Shown here one piece after another: positions 57,137 to 57,376 of a stretch of DNA of 57,376 bases. Under the pieces are notes generated by a model. That model was not told the DNA's origin, made no database searches, and saw only the letters and a program-made list of their open reading frames with translations. This DNA is from a virus (taxonomy: Duplodnaviria; Caudoviricetes), in IMG/VR virus record IMGVR_UViG_3300023197_000044, positions 1 to 57,376 of that record; one strand, 5' to 3'. A program made the translations under genes and the position numbers. Position 1 is the stretch's first letter. Each line of letters opens with the position of its first letter.

Positions 57137-57158
57137 ATGGGCAAATAATGGTAAAAAC
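57137..57158 (+). repeat. Putative integrase arm-type site, right copy
   Basis: Identical to 187-208. Confidence 0.7.
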
Positions 57159-57183
57159 AGGTTCATTTTCCGGGACGATCAAT

Positions 57184-57220
57184 AAAAAAAGCCCGCCCCC
57201 GGCAATTCGGGATCGGGCTT
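57184..57220 (-). terminator. Intrinsic terminator just inside the right att
   Basis: Minus strand AAGCCCGATCCCG-AATTGC-CGGGGGCGGGC followed by TTTTTTT. Confidence 0.75.
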
Positions 57221-57269
57221 GAGCGTTTCTGTGGGCTGATTGGTGGTTCTGAGGGGCGCCAGTGCATAC

Positions 57270-57320
57270 CCGACACACGGCTTTTCAGGCCGTTGCTCTA
57301 CCACCTGAGCTACCTGGCCC
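57270..57320 (-). repeat. att core, right copy: truncated tRNA-Phe 5' fragment lacking the T arm and 3' acceptor strand
   Basis: Identical to 77-127; the sequence diverges at the start of the T arm. Confidence 0.97.
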
Positions 57321-57376
57321 CAGCTGATTGCAGATCAGCGGTGGTGGGCACGCGGCCCACGCGTATCGAATGTAGG

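Larger units (their letters stand above)
77..57320. mobile_element. Complete integrated temperate prophage (siphovirus-like, Mu-like head genes, tyrosine integrase)
   Basis: Flanked by identical 51-bp repeats derived from tRNA-Phe; integrase next to the left repeat; replication, packaging, head, tail and lysis genes all present. Confidence 0.96.

Noticed and set aside
57241-57320. Second complete or hybrid tRNA at the right junction (ends in ACCACCA on the minus strand)
   Set aside because: No T loop and no 3' strand able to pair with GGCCAGG.

Overview
The window is almost entirely one complete ~57.2 kb temperate siphovirus-type prophage integrated at a tRNA-Phe(GAA) gene, bounded by 51-bp direct repeats at 77-127 and 57270-57320. 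High GC and very acidic proteins suggest a halophilic host such as Salinibacter/Rhodothermota (inference only). The minus-strand left arm holds the integrase, a replication/recombination module (AEP primase-polymerase, SF2 helicase, beta clamp, stand-alone DnaA domain IV, Sak4-like ATPase, SSB, dNMP kinase, MazG, Gp157), tRNA-Arg(CCT), several tRNA-like elements, ArdA and many small genes. The right arm holds a GH19 endolysin, terminase, an AT-rich defence island (type II R-M, secreted nuclease, RloC-like ATPase), an inverted portal operon, Mu-like head genes, three paralogous tail-tube-like genes, tape measure, tail tip, holin, a u-spanin-like lipoprotein and a metallophosphoesterase. No canonical CI/Cro switch is visible. 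The main finding is an apparent RNA-based regulon. About 40 lytic genes share AAGACAACC(n)ATG at the start codon, usually preceded by a covarying hairpin with a YUACCN loop. Next to attR lies a predicted ~90-nt sRNA (promoter, three hairpins, terminator) whose loop is the exact antisense GCAUGGUUGUCUUC. Facing it is a second predicted sRNA that displays the sense motif like a decoy. The motif is absent from the integrase and defence genes. This suggests a global antisense repressor/anti-repressor lysogeny switch; the function is a hypothesis, and counts and folds were made by eye.
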